A stretch of 64,000 nt of DNA from Verrucomicrobiia bacterium (lineage in GTDB: Bacteria > Verrucomicrobiota > Verrucomicrobiia > Limisphaerales > Palsa-1400), in NCBI GenBank assembly GCA_036501625.1, contig DASXZY010000042.1, positions 1,929-65,928 of the forward strand, written 5' to 3'. Positions 26,403 to 36,256 of this stretch are shown one piece after another. Made by a program: the position numbers and the translations under genes. The notes under the pieces are model-generated. The model was not told where the DNA came from and ran no database searches. It saw only the letters and a program-made list of their open reading frames with translations. How positions within the stretch are numbered: position 1 is the first letter of the stretch; the number at the start of each line of letters is the position of its first letter.

Positions 26403-28073
26403 ATGACATCTGATGCCGATTCCGGTTCTGGCCCGGTTCCTCCGGCGCCCATTCCTCCCCCGATTGAATGCTCGCGGCCGGCTGGCTTGCCCGCGGACCC
26501 TTGGGAGCCTTTCCGAAGATGGGCGCGCGTTCTGGCCGCCCGCAATCCGTTTTATATCGTCAGCGCCATGCTGCTGCTGTGGAGCATGCGGCGGCTTTCG
26601 CTTGACTCCAGGATATTCCGCGATGAGCTGCCGCAATTGCTCTTCAACTTCTCCTCCTTCCAGATTTATGAACTGCTGCTGGCGGGGACGGCCATTGGGC
26701 TGGCCCGGCGGCGCGCGTGGTATGATTCCGGGCTGCTGGTGGGATTGGAAAATATGTTTGTCTGCGTGCCCTTCCTCCTCGTCAGCCAGGCCCTCCTGCT
26801 CGAAAACTGGATTGCCGCCGCCTTCTGCCTGGCGGGCGGCGGGCTGGCGGTCGCGCGCATCGCGGCGCTCAAACGCCGCTTAAAGGAGCTTGCGATGCCC
26901 GGCCCGCTGCTCTGGATGGGCGCCGTCCTCCTCTGCTTCAACCTGGCATGGCCGCTGCTGATTCGCCGCCTCCACCAAAATGTCTCCATGCCCGGCTGGG
27001 ATGATCGGGGACTGATGCTGACCTCGCTGGAGTGGAACTGGCTGCTCCCGGCGGCGGCCGCGCTGGGATTATTCTTGACAACGCGGCCCGGCGCGGCTGC
27101 CATGCCGGCGGGCGAGGAACGGCCGTTCTACAATTGGCGCTCCTTTCCCCTGCTGGCGCTGCTGATGTGGGCGGCGGGAACCGGCGTTCATCTTTACTGT
27201 ATCAGTTACGTGTATGGATTGCCCTGGAACATCGCCTTCCTGGCGCCGGGCGCGTGGGTGGCTTCGTGGGTTCTCTGGCGTCAGGCGGGGCGGCTTGTGC
27301 CGGAAGTTGTTCGCGCGACTGTTCAACGCGGCCTGTTGTTTCCGCCAGCGCTCGTTTTGCTGTGCTGCCTGGGCGCCACGCAGCCGTCAGTGTGTTTGAC
27401 ACTGGCCGTTTTGAACGCAGTTGCCTTTGGGGCCGCGGCGGTGGTTCGCCGCGAACGGCTGGCGGTTCACTTGGGAGCGTTTTCCGTGCTGGCGGCGCTG
27501 GGAGCCATCCGGCCCGCGGAGACGGCCCAGATTTTTGGCGGCGGGAGCTTGTTCTACATCGTGGCATGCGCGCTTGTTTCCGCGCGGCCCAGATTGGGCA
27601 TCGCGGGCGGATTTGCTCTTGGAATCGGGCTGGCGTGCGCGTTAGGCGGAACGGCCATGATGCTGAACTTCGCGTTGCAGGCGGCTTTGGTGTTCATCCT
27701 TCTGCACAGCCTGCGCTGGGGCGGCGGCCGGCATTCCGACGCGGCCAAGGCCCGCGCGATTTGCGCCGCCTGCTGGCTCATTCACACCGCGGCCTGGGTG
27801 ATTGCCATGCCGGCCGGCGCGATCGCGGTGACGATGGCCTGCGGTTCGTCGATTCTTATTGTTTACACCTGCGCGCGGTTCGTTTTGGGAACATGGGGGC
27901 CGCGCATCATCGCCTGGAGCGGCGCGGCGGTGATGTGGTGGGGGCCGCTTTATCTGGCCGGGCGGCATTTGCTGCGCGCGCCCGAAGGCGTGCTGGAACT
28001 GCTGGCCAGTTTCGCGCTCTTCGGCCTCGGCACGCGGGCCGCCCTGTGCAAGGCGCGCCGCCGGGCGGCTTGA
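26403..28073 (+). CDS. Polytopic integral membrane protein, function unknown
   Basis: 556 aa with a Pro-rich N-terminus followed by about 12-14 hydrophobic helices. Overlapping alternative-frame ORFs (27032-28162 +, 27907-28770 -) are Arg/Gly/Pro-rich shadows. Confidence 0.7.
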   Translation: MTSDADSGSGPVPPAPIPPPIECSRPAGLPADPWEPFRRWARVLAARNPFYIVSAMLLLWSMRRLSLDSRIFRDELPQLLFNFSSFQIYELLLAGTAIGLARRRAWYDSGLLVGLENMFVCVPFLLVSQALLLENWIAAAFCLAGGGLAVARIAALKRRLKELAMPGPLLWMGAVLLCFNLAWPLLIRRLHQNVSMPGWDDRGLMLTSLEWNWLLPAAAALGLFLTTRPGAAAMPAGEERPFYNWRSFPLLALLMWAAGTGVHLYCISYVYGLPWNIAFLAPGAWVASWVLWRQAGRLVPEVVRATVQRGLLFPPALVLLCCLGATQPSVCLTLAVLNAVAFGAAAVVRRERLAVHLGAFSVLAALGAIRPAETAQIFGGGSLFYIVACALVSARPRLGIAGGFALGIGLACALGGTAMMLNFALQAALVFILLHSLRWGGGRHSDAAKARAICAACWLIHTAAWVIAMPAGAIAVTMACGSSILIVYTCARFVLGTWGPRIIAWSGAAVMWWGPLYLAGRHLLRAPEGVLELLASFALFGLGTRAALCKARRRAA

Positions 28074-28167
28074 CCGGGCGGCGAATCGGGCTACTATGCT
28101 GGTGTTTGATTGCGGGGCGCGCGGCGGCCGCCGTCCCGCTCTCATTCATCTTGACGCTGTGAGTTTC

Positions 28168-29235
28168 ATGCCCGTTTTGAAAACGCCCCGCGGCAAGCCG
28201 GCCTTCTGGCTGCTTGCCGTTGTATTGTCGGCGGCGCTTGCGGCGGCCGCGCAAACTTCCAGCCCGGCCTTCAAGCGCCCGTCCGTGCCGCTGCCCGCGC
28301 CAGTCAATCCCAGCGAGATGCCGGCCGCATTCACCAAGGAGTCTCCGGCCACGCTGGACGATTTGCGCGAGATGCAAGACCGCGTCGCGGAGCTGGTCGC
28401 GCGGGTTTCTCCGGCAGTCGTGGGCGTGGAAGTCGGCAATGCCAGCGGCAGCGGCGTGGTCATTTCTGAAGACGGCCTGGTCTTGACAGCCGGCCACGTG
28501 GCCGATTGGGCGGGCCGCCGCGTGAAGTTCACCTTTCCCAATGGCAAGACCGCGCGCGGCAAAACGCTGGGCGTGGACGAAGACGCGGATACCGGCTTGA
28601 TGCGCATCACCGACCCCGGCGCCTGGCCGCACGCGCCGGTGGGCGATATGAAGCGCGCCCGGCTGGGCGATTGGACGCTGGCGCTGGGCAACCCCGGCGG
28701 ATTCGATTCCAAAAGGTCGCTGGTGGCGCGCCTGGGAAGGATCGTCCGCTTGATGCCGGGCGTGGTGCAAACCGATTGCACGATTTCCCCCGGCGATTCC
28801 GGCGGCCCGCTATTTGACATGTACGGGCGGGTCATCGCCATTCACACGGCGATCGCGACCTCAATGGAGGAGAATTTTCACGTGCCCATCACCGAGTTCT
28901 TTGCGACCTGGAGCGAATTGTCGGCCCCGCTCATCACGCCCAAGCCCCCGCCCGCTCATGAGCCGGCCTACAGCGGGTTGAGCCTGGCGGATGATCCCGA
29001 GGAATGCCGCCTGAGCGCCATCGAGAAAAACAGCCCGGCCGCCAAAGCGGGCCTCAAGCCCGGCGACGAAATCCTGAAAGTGGACGGCCGGCGCATCGAG
29101 GCCGCCGCGATGTTCCGGCGCTGGCTGGCCGAGAGCGCGCCCGGTGAAACGCTGCACTTGGAAATTCAGCGCGGCTCGCAGGACTTTACCGTCTCGATCA
29201 AACTTCAACCCTTGCCGCGCACGCGCAACAAATGA
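28168..29235 (+). CDS. Secreted trypsin-like serine protease with C-terminal PDZ (HtrA/DegP-like)
   Basis: The ATG at 28168 gives MPVLKTPRGKPAFWLLAVVLSAALAAAAQ (signal). Catalytic motifs LVLTAGHV (His), DEDADTGLMRI (Asp) and ISPGDSGGPLFD (Ser). PDZ motif AAKAGLKPGDEILKVDGRRI. Confidence 0.85.
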   Translation: MPVLKTPRGKPAFWLLAVVLSAALAAAAQTSSPAFKRPSVPLPAPVNPSEMPAAFTKESPATLDDLREMQDRVAELVARVSPAVVGVEVGNASGSGVVISEDGLVLTAGHVADWAGRRVKFTFPNGKTARGKTLGVDEDADTGLMRITDPGAWPHAPVGDMKRARLGDWTLALGNPGGFDSKRSLVARLGRIVRLMPGVVQTDCTISPGDSGGPLFDMYGRVIAIHTAIATSMEENFHVPITEFFATWSELSAPLITPKPPPAHEPAYSGLSLADDPEECRLSAIEKNSPAAKAGLKPGDEILKVDGRRIEAAAMFRRWLAESAPGETLHLEIQRGSQDFTVSIKLQPLPRTRNK

Positions 29236-30251
29236 AATCGGCCTTCACATTGTGGCTCGTTCTGCTGGGCCAGGCCGCCCTCGCGCAAACGCTTGAGGAT
29301 TTCCCTCAATTGCCGCGGTCCCGTTATCACAGCGGCCAGGATGTGCTCAACGCCTTCAAGCCCGTCTCCGCCCGGTTGCGCGATTCCGTGGTCGAGTTGA
29401 ACGTGGGCGAAGACCCAGTGGCGCTGGGCGCCGTCGTAGATGCCAGCGGACTCGTCCTGACCAAAGCCAGCGAACTGAAATCCGGCAAACTGACTTGCTG
29501 GCTGGCCTCGGGCAAGGAAGTGGACGCCAAATTGCTGGCCGCCGATGAGGACAACGATGTGGCGCTGGTCCGCGTCCAAGCCGCGGGCCTCAAACCCATA
29601 GAGTGGGCCGCCAAACAATTGGTGGAAGGGCAATGGGCCGTCACGCCCGGCCTGTCCGACACGCCGCAGGCGGTCGGGATCATCAGCGCGCTGACCCACA
29701 CCATCCGGGCCCAGCGAGCGTTCATTGGCATCCGCTGGGACACGTTCTCGGCGCGCCCCGTTGTCTCGCAAGTCGAGCCCGGATTTGGCGCGGAAAAGGC
29801 CGGCGTCAAGCCAGGCGACCTCATCGTGGCTGTCGATCATACAAACGTCACCAATGCGTCCGAGGTGGCCGATATTTTGGGGGAATTCCACGACGGGCAA
29901 ACGGTGCAAATCCGTTTCAAACGCAAGGAAGAAGTATTTGACGCAAGGATCGAATTGATGCTGGCCAAGCCGGGGACGCTCTTCGCCTCCGACGGTCCCG
30001 AAGACAGCCTTCGCGGCGACGTCAGCGCGCGCAACGGGCAGTTTGAGGAAGCCATCGAACACGACACGGTGATCGAGCCGTGGCAATGCGGCGGGCCGCT
30101 GGTCAACCTGGACGGGCAAGTCATCGGGCTGAACATCGCCCGGGCCAGCCGCTTCGCCACCTACGCCTTGCCCGCTCCGCTGGCGCGAAAAATCCTGGCC
30201 AAGCTCAAATCCCAAACCCAACAACCCTCTCCGCCAACCGATGCCCGATGA
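29232..30251 (+). CDS. Secreted trypsin-fold pseudo-protease with PDZ inserted inside the protease domain
   Basis: ATGA overlap with the upstream protease. Signal peptide MKSAFTLWLVLLGQAALAQ. The His motif reads LVLTKASEL (Ser at 29469-29471 where His is expected). The Asp motif DEDNDVALVRV is kept. The Ser motif reads EPWQCGGPL (Cys codon TGC at 30087-30089). A PDZ-like segment (GAEKAGVKPGDLIVAVD..) sits between the GIISA and IEHDTVIEP segments. Confidence 0.8.
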   Translation: MKSAFTLWLVLLGQAALAQTLEDFPQLPRSRYHSGQDVLNAFKPVSARLRDSVVELNVGEDPVALGAVVDASGLVLTKASELKSGKLTCWLASGKEVDAKLLAADEDNDVALVRVQAAGLKPIEWAAKQLVEGQWAVTPGLSDTPQAVGIISALTHTIRAQRAFIGIRWDTFSARPVVSQVEPGFGAEKAGVKPGDLIVAVDHTNVTNASEVADILGEFHDGQTVQIRFKRKEEVFDARIELMLAKPGTLFASDGPEDSLRGDVSARNGQFEEAIEHDTVIEPWQCGGPLVNLDGQVIGLNIARASRFATYALPAPLARKILAKLKSQTQQPSPPTDAR

Positions 30252-31968
30252 CGCGGCCAGCCTGAAGGCAGCCCATGACCGGCTCAAGCTGCTTTACCAA
30301 GTCAGCAACGTCATCCATTCGACACTTGACCCGCAGCAAGCCCTGCAATTGATTCTGCAAGAAGCGGTGCGTGTAATGCGCGCCTCCAGCGGCTCCCTGG
30401 CTCTCATCAACCCCAACAACGGCCTCTTGGAAATCCACGCCTCGGCCGGTTTGCCGCCCAACGCGCCGGAGTTGAAATTGCGCGTCGGCCAGGGCGTGAC
30501 GGGCTGGGTCGCCCGGATGGGCAAACCCGCGCGCGTCGGCGACGTCCGGCAAGATGCCCGCTACGTCATGCTGAATCGGGAAGTGCTTTCCGAACTGGCC
30601 GTGCCGCTCGAAGTGATGGGAGAAATCAAAGGCGTGATCAACGTGGATTCCCGCGATGCCGAGGCGTTCAGCCAGGAAGACCAGGAATTGCTGGAAGAAC
30701 TGGCGGCGCAAGCAGCCAAGGTCATTCAAAACACATGGCTCTTTGAGCAATCGCGCCTCAAGGCCCGGCTGCTGGAGACGCTGGTCAGCGTCAGCCGTTC
30801 CATCAATTCCGCTCTGCACGTCGATGAAGCGCTCCAGCTCATCACGCGCGAAGCGTGCGCGCTGATGGGAGCGCGCATGTGCTCGCTCTTGATGCTTGAC
30901 GCCACCGGCGAATGGCTTGACCTTCGGGCCTCCTACGGCGCGGGGCCGTCTTATCTTGACAAGCCGCCCTTGAGAGTGGACGAGAGTTTCATGGGCGTGG
31001 TGGTGCGCCGCCGGAAACCGATGCAACTGGAGAACGTGCAAGCGTCCGCGCTTTACCAAAACGTGGAGATGGCCCAGCGCGAAGGATTGGTTTCGCTGTT
31101 GAGCGCGCCGTTAATTTTTGGCGGGCAAACGATTGGCACCCTCAACGTTTATGCGGGCGAGCCGCGCAGCTTTTCCAACGAGGAATTTCACATCATCACG
31201 GCCCTGACGGAACTGTCCGCCATCGCCATTGAAAAGGCGCGCCTCTACGAGCGGGTGGTTGACGTCGAGGAGCAATTGCGTCAAAACGAAAAACTTTCCG
31301 CCCTCGGCCTGCTGGCGGCGGAGGTCGCGCATGAAATCCGCAATCCGCTCACGGTCATGAAGATGCTCTACCATTCGTTGAGCCTGGAGTTCTCGCCGGG
31401 CGATCCGCGGGTGCGGGACGACATCATCCTGCGCGAGAAAATGGACCACCTGAACAAAATCGTGGAGCAAATCCTGGACTTCGCGCGCAGTTCCGAGCCG
31501 AAGATGCGCAAGACCAATCTCAATCTATTAGTGAACGACCTGGCCCTGCTCATCCGGCACAAATTGCACAACCAGCAGATTGAGTTTGTCCGCCGGCTGG
31601 CGCCGGCCTTGCCGGAGGTGATGGCGGATGGCACGCAATTGTCTCAGGCCTTTTTAAACTTGACCCTCAACGCGGTCGAGGCCATGCCCCAAGGCGGCAA
31701 GTTCACGATTTCGACCCGCGCCGTCACGCTGCCGCGGCGGGGAGGGCAGCCGTCGCACGTACTGATAGAATTCCGCGACACCGGCCACGGCATGACCAAA
31801 GAGCAGCGCGGACGATGCTTCTCATCGTTATTGAGTTCGACGAAGGAGTCAGGAACCGGCCTGGGCTTGGCCATCGTTGGCCGGGTGGTGGAAACTCACC
31901 GCGGGAAACTGCGCATCTGGTCGCGTCCCGGGCTGGGAACGGCCTTCACGATTACCCTGCCGGTATAA
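30241..31968 (+). CDS. Cytoplasmic GAF-GAF sensor histidine kinase
   Basis: 575 aa with no TM segment. Two GAF-like regions, HisKA H-box AAEVAHEIRNPL, and HATPase motifs (NLTLNAVEAM, RDTGHGM, GTGLGLAIV). Overlaps the upstream gene by 11 nt. Confidence 0.85.
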   Translation: MPDDAASLKAAHDRLKLLYQVSNVIHSTLDPQQALQLILQEAVRVMRASSGSLALINPNNGLLEIHASAGLPPNAPELKLRVGQGVTGWVARMGKPARVGDVRQDARYVMLNREVLSELAVPLEVMGEIKGVINVDSRDAEAFSQEDQELLEELAAQAAKVIQNTWLFEQSRLKARLLETLVSVSRSINSALHVDEALQLITREACALMGARMCSLLMLDATGEWLDLRASYGAGPSYLDKPPLRVDESFMGVVVRRRKPMQLENVQASALYQNVEMAQREGLVSLLSAPLIFGGQTIGTLNVYAGEPRSFSNEEFHIITALTELSAIAIEKARLYERVVDVEEQLRQNEKLSALGLLAAEVAHEIRNPLTVMKMLYHSLSLEFSPGDPRVRDDIILREKMDHLNKIVEQILDFARSSEPKMRKTNLNLLVNDLALLIRHKLHNQQIEFVRRLAPALPEVMADGTQLSQAFLNLTLNAVEAMPQGGKFTISTRAVTLPRRGGQPSHVLIEFRDTGHGMTKEQRGRCFSSLLSSTKESGTGLGLAIVGRVVETHRGKLRIWSRPGLGTAFTITLPV

Positions 31969-31981
31969 ACTCCAGTTCCGC

Positions 31982-32449
31982 TCAGGGAGGACTTGCGAAG
32001 GAAACGGGGAGCGGGCGGTATTGGGCGCCGGGGGCGAAGAGCGAAGGCAGGCTCGGAGCAGGGTTGCTCGCGCTTTCGTTGCCTATCCAACTGGCGACAT
32101 GAAGCGGTTGGGACAAATTGTAACCGGCCGTCATGGCCTCCTCAGGAGCGGCCGAGCGCCAGCCGTTTTTGGGCGCCTGGGCGAATCCCAGCGGCTGCGT
32201 TCTGACGGAATAAAACACGCTGACAGTCAGCGCGCTCAGAGCGGCCATGGCAAAGCCCACGGCAAAAGCCGGGCGAAAAATAAACTGCCCCTGGAACTTC
32301 TCCCAAAAACTCGGCTCGCCTTCGCCACACTCGATGCGGGACATGATGCGGTTCGGCAGGCGGTCGAAATAACCGGGCGGCGGCTGCTCGTGCCGCTTGA
32401 GGGCCATCAATTTCAGCAATGCATCAAAATCTTCAGGCACTGGGTTCAT
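31982..32449 (-). CDS. Single-pass membrane protein downstream of the ECF sigma (putative anti-sigma factor)
   Basis: The track ORF is over-extended; the ATG at 32449 (MNPVPEDFDALLKL..) gives 155 aa with one central TM (FRPAFAVGFAMAALSALTVSVFY). It lies 11 nt after the sigma gene stop. Confidence 0.6.
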   Translation of the reverse strand: MNPVPEDFDALLKLMALKRHEQPPPGYFDRLPNRIMSRIECGEGEPSFWEKFQGQFIFRPAFAVGFAMAALSALTVSVFYSVRTQPLGFAQAPKNGWRSAAPEEAMTAGYNLSQPLHVASWIGNESASNPAPSLPSLFAPGAQYRPLPVSFASPP

Positions 32450-32460
32450 ACTGGCGTTTG

Positions 32461-33138
32461 CTACTTCAAATAATCTGACAAATGGGCCTGCAATTGCTGC
32501 CTGGCATAAAAGAGGCGCGACCGCACGGTGCCGACATTGCAATCCATGATCTTGCCAATCTCCTCGTGGGAAAGCCCCTGAATATCGTGCAATGTCACAA
32601 CCATTCTGTGGTGTTCTGACAGCTTTAACAGGGCCCCGTTCAATTTCTCCTGCAACTCGCTCAGGTTCAGGTCTCTGCGGGGAGTCCGCTCGGAAACGAG
32701 CGCGACGAGGTCCGGGTCGTTTTCCGCGTTGAAATCGACGTCGTTGAGGCTCATCTGCGTCCGGTTCTTGCGCTGCTTGAGAAAGTTGATCGTCTTGTTG
32801 ACGGCGATGCGGTAAATCCAAGTGTAAAAACTCGAATCACCCTTGAAGGATTTAAGCACCCGGTAAGCCTTGATGAACGTCTCCTGCGTCAGGTCGTTGG
32901 CGTCCTCGTGGTTGGACGTCATGTGATAGACAGTGGCGTAGATGCGCTGCTGATACCGGCGCACCAAGGTGTCGTAAGCGCGCATGTCCTCATTCTGCGC
33001 GCCGCGCACCAAGACCAGGTCCTCAACATCCTCCAACTCGACTGCCTCCTGTCGGTCCGCCCTCGGCAGGGCTGTTGATTTTGTCAGTTCAGCTTTCGTA
33101 TGAAATATGGCCTTCCACAAAGGAAAAGCGCTGATCAT
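32461..33138 (-). CDS. ECF-type sigma-70 family RNA polymerase sigma factor
   Basis: 225 aa. Region 2 (YDTLVRRYQQRIYATVYHMTSNHEDANDLTQETFIKAY) and region 4 HTH (LHDIQGLSHEEIGKIMDCNVGTVRSRLFYAR). Confidence 0.9.
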   Translation of the reverse strand: MISAFPLWKAIFHTKAELTKSTALPRADRQEAVELEDVEDLVLVRGAQNEDMRAYDTLVRRYQQRIYATVYHMTSNHEDANDLTQETFIKAYRVLKSFKGDSSFYTWIYRIAVNKTINFLKQRKNRTQMSLNDVDFNAENDPDLVALVSERTPRRDLNLSELQEKLNGALLKLSEHHRMVVTLHDIQGLSHEEIGKIMDCNVGTVRSRLFYARQQLQAHLSDYLK

Positions 33139-34220
33139 TAATATACAACCCCTAAAGCCTCGGTTTGTTCCGCCAGAAATTCAGTCAGCCCAGCCAGGCC
33201 CGCGCGTCCTTCTCCCGGAGGAAGAGGCATCAACGCTTCGCGCGCGGCGACCAGATATTGCTGGATGACCGAACGTGATTCGGCAAAGGCCTCATATTTG
33301 GCCATCAGTTCGACTGCGCCCGCCAAGAAGGCAGGCTCCCAATTGGCCAGCCAGCGCCGCAGACAATCCTGGTCTTCCGCGCTGGCGCGATCCCGCACAA
33401 TGAGAATGGGGAGCGTCATTTTCCCTTTGGCCAAATCAGCGCCCAAAGTCTTGCCGGCCATTGCCTCCGAACCCAGCACGTCTAGGCAATCGTCGTATAA
33501 CTGGTAGGCGGTCCCAAGGGCCAGGCCATACTTGCGCAGGCAGCTCCGCCGCGCCTCAGAAGTCTCGCTGACGTATCCGCCCAAATCGCATGACAGGGCG
33601 AACAATTCCCCCGTCTTCATGGCCAGCATTTTGAAATAATGACCGCGCGAAACATCGAAGTCCCCGCGCGACCGGCTTTGCAAAATCTCGCCCGCGCAAA
33701 CGGTGTTGGCGGCGCTGGCGGCGGCCCGGCAAACTTCGGGCGTCGGGAAGCTGGCCGCCATTTTGAGGGCGTGGGCGAAGAGGCAGTCTCCCAGCAACAC
33801 GGAAGTCTCATTGCCCCAATTGGCCGCCAGCGTCAGGCGGCCGCGCCGCAATTGCGCCTCGTCAATAATATCGTCATGCACCAGCGTGGCCAGATGGATC
33901 ATCTCCACGATGACGGCGGCGGTCCAATGCCCCTCGCGGAGCGCGCCGACGGTCTTGCCGCTGAGGGAAACGAGCATGGGGCGCAATTGTTTTCCCTGAG
34001 CCGTGAGAGCGTATTGGGCCATCGCGGCGATTTGCGGCTCAAAGCCATCCGTCTGCGCGGCCAATTGCCGGGCCACTCCTTGCAAAAAAGGCTCCACCGC
34101 ATCGGCGATCTGTTTCCATCCGGTGCCTTGCGGCATTGACGGCGCGATGCGGTCAGCAACCCGACTGGTTTCAGCGACCAACATGTGTTTGAAGTTAAGA
34201 GCATAACCACCGTGAAGCAA
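33138..34220 (-). CDS. Long-chain polyprenyl diphosphate synthase (trans-IPPS family)
   Basis: First and second Asp-rich motifs LVHDDIIDEAQLRRGR and YQLYDDCLD. The N-terminal start is uncertain (several in-frame Met). The stop overlaps the sigma-factor start (TAATG at 33136-33140). Confidence 0.85.
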   Translation of the reverse strand: MLHGGYALNFKHMLVAETSRVADRIAPSMPQGTGWKQIADAVEPFLQGVARQLAAQTDGFEPQIAAMAQYALTAQGKQLRPMLVSLSGKTVGALREGHWTAAVIVEMIHLATLVHDDIIDEAQLRRGRLTLAANWGNETSVLLGDCLFAHALKMAASFPTPEVCRAAASAANTVCAGEILQSRSRGDFDVSRGHYFKMLAMKTGELFALSCDLGGYVSETSEARRSCLRKYGLALGTAYQLYDDCLDVLGSEAMAGKTLGADLAKGKMTLPILIVRDRASAEDQDCLRRWLANWEPAFLAGAVELMAKYEAFAESRSVIQQYLVAAREALMPLPPGEGRAGLAGLTEFLAEQTEALGVVY

Positions 34221-34294
34221 GTGAAACTTGACATCGCGCCGCCCTGCCGCTGCGCTTGACGGCTAGTTTGGCATCCATTACGTTGCCCTCGCTT

Positions 34295-34930
34295 ATGCAA
34301 AACTTTTTAGTGCCCATGGTCGTGGAACAAACCGGACGCGGCGAACGCGGCTACGACATTTATTCGCGCCTGCTGGTGGACCGCATCGTTTTCCTCGGGA
34401 CACCCGTGGATGACATGGTCGCCAATTTGATCATCGCCCAGTTGCTGTTTCTCCAAATGGCCGACCCCAAAAAGGACATCCATCTTTACATCAATTCGCC
34501 GGGCGGCAGCGTCACGGCCGGACTGGCCATCTACGACACCATGCAGTTCCTGACCTGCGACGTGAACACCTATTGCATCGGCCAGGCTGCCAGCATGGGC
34601 GCCGTTCTTTTGTGCGGCGGCACCAAGGGAAAGCGCTATTCCCTGCCCAACGCCAACATCATGATCCACCAAATCCTCGGCGGCGCGGAAGGCCAGGCGA
34701 CAGACGTGGAAATCCGGGTCAAGTACATGCTCAAATTGAAGCACCGCCTGAACTCCATCATTTCCAAGCATACCGGCCGCGCTTTCGACCAGGTGGAGAA
34801 GGATTGCGACCGGGACAATTTCATGACCGCCGATGAAGCCAAAGCTTACGGCCTGGTGGATGAAGTGGTGCAGTCGCGCAAACAAATTCCGGGTTTGACG
34901 GATCACAAACCTGACGATAAGATACCGTAG
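34295..34930 (+). CDS. clpP: ATP-dependent Clp protease proteolytic subunit
   Basis: The ATG at 34295 is preferred to the TTG at 34256. [49 protein letters not shown] are canonical ClpP motifs with the Ser-His-Asp triad context. Confidence 0.95.
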   Translation: MQNFLVPMVVEQTGRGERGYDIYSRLLVDRIVFLGTPVDDMVANLIIAQLLFLQMADPKKDIHLYINSPGGSVTAGLAIYDTMQFLTCDVNTYCIGQAASMGAVLLCGGTKGKRYSLPNANIMIHQILGGAEGQATDVEIRVKYMLKLKHRLNSIISKHTGRAFDQVEKDCDRDNFMTADEAKAYGLVDEVVQSRKQIPGLTDHKPDDKIP

Positions 34931-34938
34931 TCTCAAAC

Positions 34939-36219
34939 ATGGCGCGCCCGACCAACATAACGCTTTGCAGCTTCTGCGGGAAATCCCACGCGGATGTGAA
35001 AAAGCTAATCGCAGGCCCTGGGGTGTTTATATGCGACAACTGCATCAACTTGTGCAAGAGCGTCCTGGACAAGGAGCTGTCAGCCGAATCGAAACGGACC
35101 GGGGCTAAATTCGCCGTTCCAAAGCCAGGGGAAATCAAGCAGCACCTCGACCTGCATTGCGTCGGCCAGCACCACGCGAAGAAGACCTTGGCTGTGGCCG
35201 TTCACAATCATTTCAAACGCCTTCTCCAGGAACCGGTTCGCGCTTCCGGCGAGGAATCCACAAGCCCGCATGACGATGTGGAAATCGAGAAGAGCAACAT
35301 TCTGCTGATCGGCCCGACCGGTTCCGGCAAGACGCTTTTGGCCCGCACGCTGGCCCGCATTCTGGACGTGCCCTTCGCCATCGCGGACGCGACGACTTTG
35401 ACGGAGGCGGGCTACGTGGGCGAGGACGTGGAGAACATCATTTTGCGCCTGCTGCAAAACGCCGACTACGATGTCAAGCGGGCGCAGGTCGGAATCGTTT
35501 ATATTGACGAGATCGACAAGATCGCGCGCAAGACCGAGAACGTCTCCATTACGCGGGACGTGTCGGGCGAAGGCGTGCAACAGGCTCTGTTGAAAATCCT
35601 GGAAGGGACGATCTGCAACGTGCCGCCGCAGGGCGGGCGCAAACATCCCCAGCAGGAATATATCCGGGTGGATACCAGCGGCATTTTGTTTGTCTGCGGA
35701 GGCGCTTTCATCGGATTGGAAAAGATCATCCAGCGCCGGCTGGGCAACCGCGTGATGGGTTTTGCGGCCGTCGAGCAAGGCGCCCGCACGACTTCCATCA
35801 ATCGCGACAAAGTGCTGGCCATGGTGGAACCGGAGGATTTGATTTCCTTCGGCTTCATTCCCGAATTTGTTGGGCGGCTGCCGATGACGACCGCGCTGGA
35901 GGAACTGACCGAAGACCAGTTGGTTTCGATTTTGTCCGACACGCGCAACGCGCTGACCAAGCAATATCAAAAGCTGCTCTTCATGGAAGGGATCGAACTG
36001 GCTTTCACGCCCGACGCGCTGCGCGAACTGGCCGCGCAGGCGATCAAGAAAGGCACCGGCGCGCGCGCGTTGCGCAGCTTGCTGGAGAAATTGATGCTGG
36101 ACGTCATGTACGACGCGCCAACCAGCGAGGACATCGCCAGCGTCACCATCACACGGCCCGCGGTGCTCGGCGAAGCGAAGCCCGTGCTGCGGCGCAAGAC
36201 CGATCAGGCAGCCGCCTAA
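34939..36219 (+). CDS. clpX: ATP-dependent Clp protease ATP-binding subunit ClpX
   Basis: N-terminal zinc-binding CSFCGK..CDNC, Walker [12 protein letters not shown], Walker [10 protein letters not shown], and the IPEFVGRLP motif. Confidence 0.95.
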   Translation: MARPTNITLCSFCGKSHADVKKLIAGPGVFICDNCINLCKSVLDKELSAESKRTGAKFAVPKPGEIKQHLDLHCVGQHHAKKTLAVAVHNHFKRLLQEPVRASGEESTSPHDDVEIEKSNILLIGPTGSGKTLLARTLARILDVPFAIADATTLTEAGYVGEDVENIILRLLQNADYDVKRAQVGIVYIDEIDKIARKTENVSITRDVSGEGVQQALLKILEGTICNVPPQGGRKHPQQEYIRVDTSGILFVCGGAFIGLEKIIQRRLGNRVMGFAAVEQGARTTSINRDKVLAMVEPEDLISFGFIPEFVGRLPMTTALEELTEDQLVSILSDTRNALTKQYQKLLFMEGIELAFTPDALRELAAQAIKKGTGARALRSLLEKLMLDVMYDAPTSEDIASVTITRPAVLGEAKPVLRRKTDQAAA

Positions 36220-36256
36220 TTCACGAGCGGTCCCTCCGGCAGAGCCGCACTATCCC

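Noticed and set aside
27032-28770. 376-aa (+) and 287-aa (-) ORFs overlapping the membrane-protein and protease genes.
   Set aside because: Their Arg/Gly/Ala/Pro-dominated translations have no motifs. The competing frames encode a coherent polytopic membrane protein and a motif-complete serine protease.
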